Below are positions 27,847-29,094 of a DNA stretch of 29,094 nt, piece after piece. Both the position numbers and the translations under genes were made by a program. The notes beneath the pieces are model-generated. The model was not told the DNA's origin. It saw nothing but the letters and a program-made list of their open reading frames with translations, and ran no database searches. The DNA is taken from positions 1-29,094 of IMG/VR virus record IMGVR_UViG_2778261543_000004, one strand, 5' to 3'. Position 1 is the first letter of the stretch. Each line of letters begins with the position of its first letter. The DNA is from a virus (lineage: Duplodnaviria > Heunggongvirae > Uroviricota > Caudoviricetes).

Positions 27847-27887
27847 AGTATTCAAAACCCGTCAAATTCATCATGCATAATCTACTC

Positions 27888-27899
27888 GTGACATGTCAC
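27888..27899. repeat. 12-bp perfect palindrome GTGACATGTCAC (third copy)
   Basis: Identical to copies at 8397-8408 and 25623-25634; overlaps the stop codon of the zinc-ribbon gene and sits ~40 bp before the terminator. Confidence 0.8.
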
Positions 27900-28243
27900 A
27901 CTATTAATTTCGTTTCATGCCAGCCTTTAGTCACCCAGCATTGCGAGTCACCATTACACGGGCATGAATTAACAGGAACTCTCTCGCCGCACTTACCGCA
28001 ACGTTTTCTACTGATCGATTTTATACGCCCGCGCACACGTGCATCATCCTGGCGGATCAGCAGCGCGATGTACTCGGCCATTTCATAGGGATCGCGACCA
28101 GGGCGCCGGGCGGCGCAGTTCCGCGCCAGCATTTCCTGCTCCTGCTTATCCAGCACCAGTTCAATTTTGCGCTCACCGGCGGCGGACTGCCGAGCGCGCT
28201 GCGCGGATTTGCGTTCTGCGGGGGATTTAGCCACGAATCGCAC
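27896..28243 (-). CDS. Cys4 zinc-ribbon small protein (possible regulator)
   Basis: C-terminal CGKCGERVPVNSCPCNGDSQCW motif (C-x2-C-x8-C-x-C); basic N-terminus. Start uncertain: GTG at 28243 (115 aa) or ATG at 28132 with strong AGGAG RBS (78 aa). Confidence 0.55.
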   Translation of the reverse strand: MRFVAKSPAERKSAQRARQSAAGERKIELVLDKQEQEMLARNCAARRPGRDPYEMAEYIALLIRQDDARVRGRIKSISRKRCGKCGERVPVNSCPCNGDSQCWVTKGWHETKLIV

Positions 28244-28349
28244 TCCACGCCAGATTGATTAATGACTCCCAGGCAATATAAACCCGGATACCAGCAGCCA
28301 GGCCGAAACCAATCACCATGGCATAAAGCAGAGCGTTGAGCTTGTTCAT
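28227..28349 (-). CDS. Possible small membrane peptide (40 aa)
   Basis: ATG overlaps the DUF551 gene stop (TAATG); hydrophobic (MNKLNALLYAMVIGFGLAAGIRVYIAW...); overlaps the GTG-start version of the zinc-ribbon ORF, so the two calls partly exclude each other. Confidence 0.3.
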   Translation of the reverse strand: MNKLNALLYAMVIGFGLAAGIRVYIAWESLINLAWSAIRG

Positions 28350-29094
28350 TACTTCACCTCCTGCGGCGGTTCTGGTAGAGGCATCCAGTGAGTTACGTCA
28401 TCCAAGATATTTCCTGATAAATACGTGAAAGCTCTATATTTTTTGTAATCAATTGGATTTACAACCCAGTTCCAATATGCGGCCACGATTTCACCTTGAC
28501 TAAATGCCAGTAACATTTTGGTGTCTTCCGGCATTCGCTCACTACAGCTTATCCAACCATCCGGAGTTACCGGATAGTTGCCAGCCAGTCTACGCAAAAC
28601 AGCCTTAACCGCCTCAATACGGTCATCATCGCAATTTTCCAGCGTATCTATGCGGTCGAGCATGATGATGGCGTTATCAATATCAGGATTGCCGGTCCAC
28701 TCATTACCGCGATTGGATTCGGCAGCCTGGTTGCCGTGTACTGTTTGATTCTCGGCTTTACCCAGTCTGTCATCGCTGCATGAATACCCTTCCAGCCAGG
28801 CCAATGCTTGTCGCATGAAATATGCAATATGTTTGCCGTGGTAATCGTCTTCATCTATGTGAAAAGCGATACTGCGAATGTATTCAATTGCATTTTCAAT
28901 AGCCTCCAACGCTATCGGCGCTGGCGGCGCAGCGAATAGATATCCGCCAAAATCAGGAAGCTCTCCAATGGCCTGTACGAACTTTTGTTTGCCTACGTCA
29001 ATTCCTAATGGGTAGTGAGCTATAATCTTTGCCACTGGCTCTGCTTCCAGCGATGCCAGTGCAATTCGTGCCAGTTCTTCCGCTTCTTCTGCTG
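28349..29094 (-). CDS. Phage protein with C-terminal DUF551-like domain (5' end outside window)
   Basis: C-terminal segment DGWISCSERMPEDTK...THWMPLPEPP matches the DUF551 pattern as I recall it; the frame stays open upstream of the GTG at 29035 to the window edge. Confidence 0.6.
   Translation of the reverse strand, partial: AEEAEELARIALASLEAEPVAKIIAHYPLGIDVGKQKFVQAIGELPDFGGYLFAAPPAPIALEAIENAIEYIRSIAFHIDEDDYHGKHIAYFMRQALAWLEGYSCSDDRLGKAENQTVHGNQAAESNRGNEWTGNPDIDNAIIMLDRIDTLENCDDDRIEAVKAVLRRLAGNYPVTPDGWISCSERMPEDTKMLLAFSQGEIVAAYWNWVVNPIDYKKYRAFTYLSGNILDDVTHWMPLPEPPQEVK

Noticed and set aside
1-29094. CRISPR array, integrase, transposase or IS element
   Set aside because: No regularly spaced direct repeats, no tyrosine/serine recombinase-like ORF and no inverted-repeat-bounded transposase gene seen; the integration module must lie outside this window.

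Overview
The first ~1.5 kb is chromosomal: two small envelope-protein genes on the + strand ending in a strong bidirectional terminator. From ~1.74 kb to the window end lies one arm of an integrated temperate prophage, read almost entirely on the - strand, with a T7-like podovirus structural module in epsilon15/phiV10-like gene order. In transcription order (high to low coordinates): DUF551 gene (5' end outside window), Cys4 zinc-ribbon gene, small and large terminase, portal, scaffold, major capsid, tail tubular A/B-like proteins, five internal virion proteins, tailspike with beta-helix depolymerase-like domain, a frameshifted O-antigen acetyltransferase moron, and a holin-endolysin-spanin lysis cassette. 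Three + strand insertions interrupt this: a tRNA-Arg(UCU), a small gene after it, and an 85-aa gene directly behind a near-consensus LexA (SOS) box. The most interesting signals are: the LexA-controlled moron with a convergent 46-aa two-helix membrane peptide; a (TA)5 tract exactly at the acetyltransferase frameshift; a 12-bp perfect palindrome GTGACATGTCAC present three times, each just 3' of a stop codon and beside an intrinsic terminator; and a conserved bipartite motif upstream of three late operons. No integrase, att core, CRISPR array or IS element is visible. All calls rest on reading the sequence and ORF translations by eye; no database search was run.
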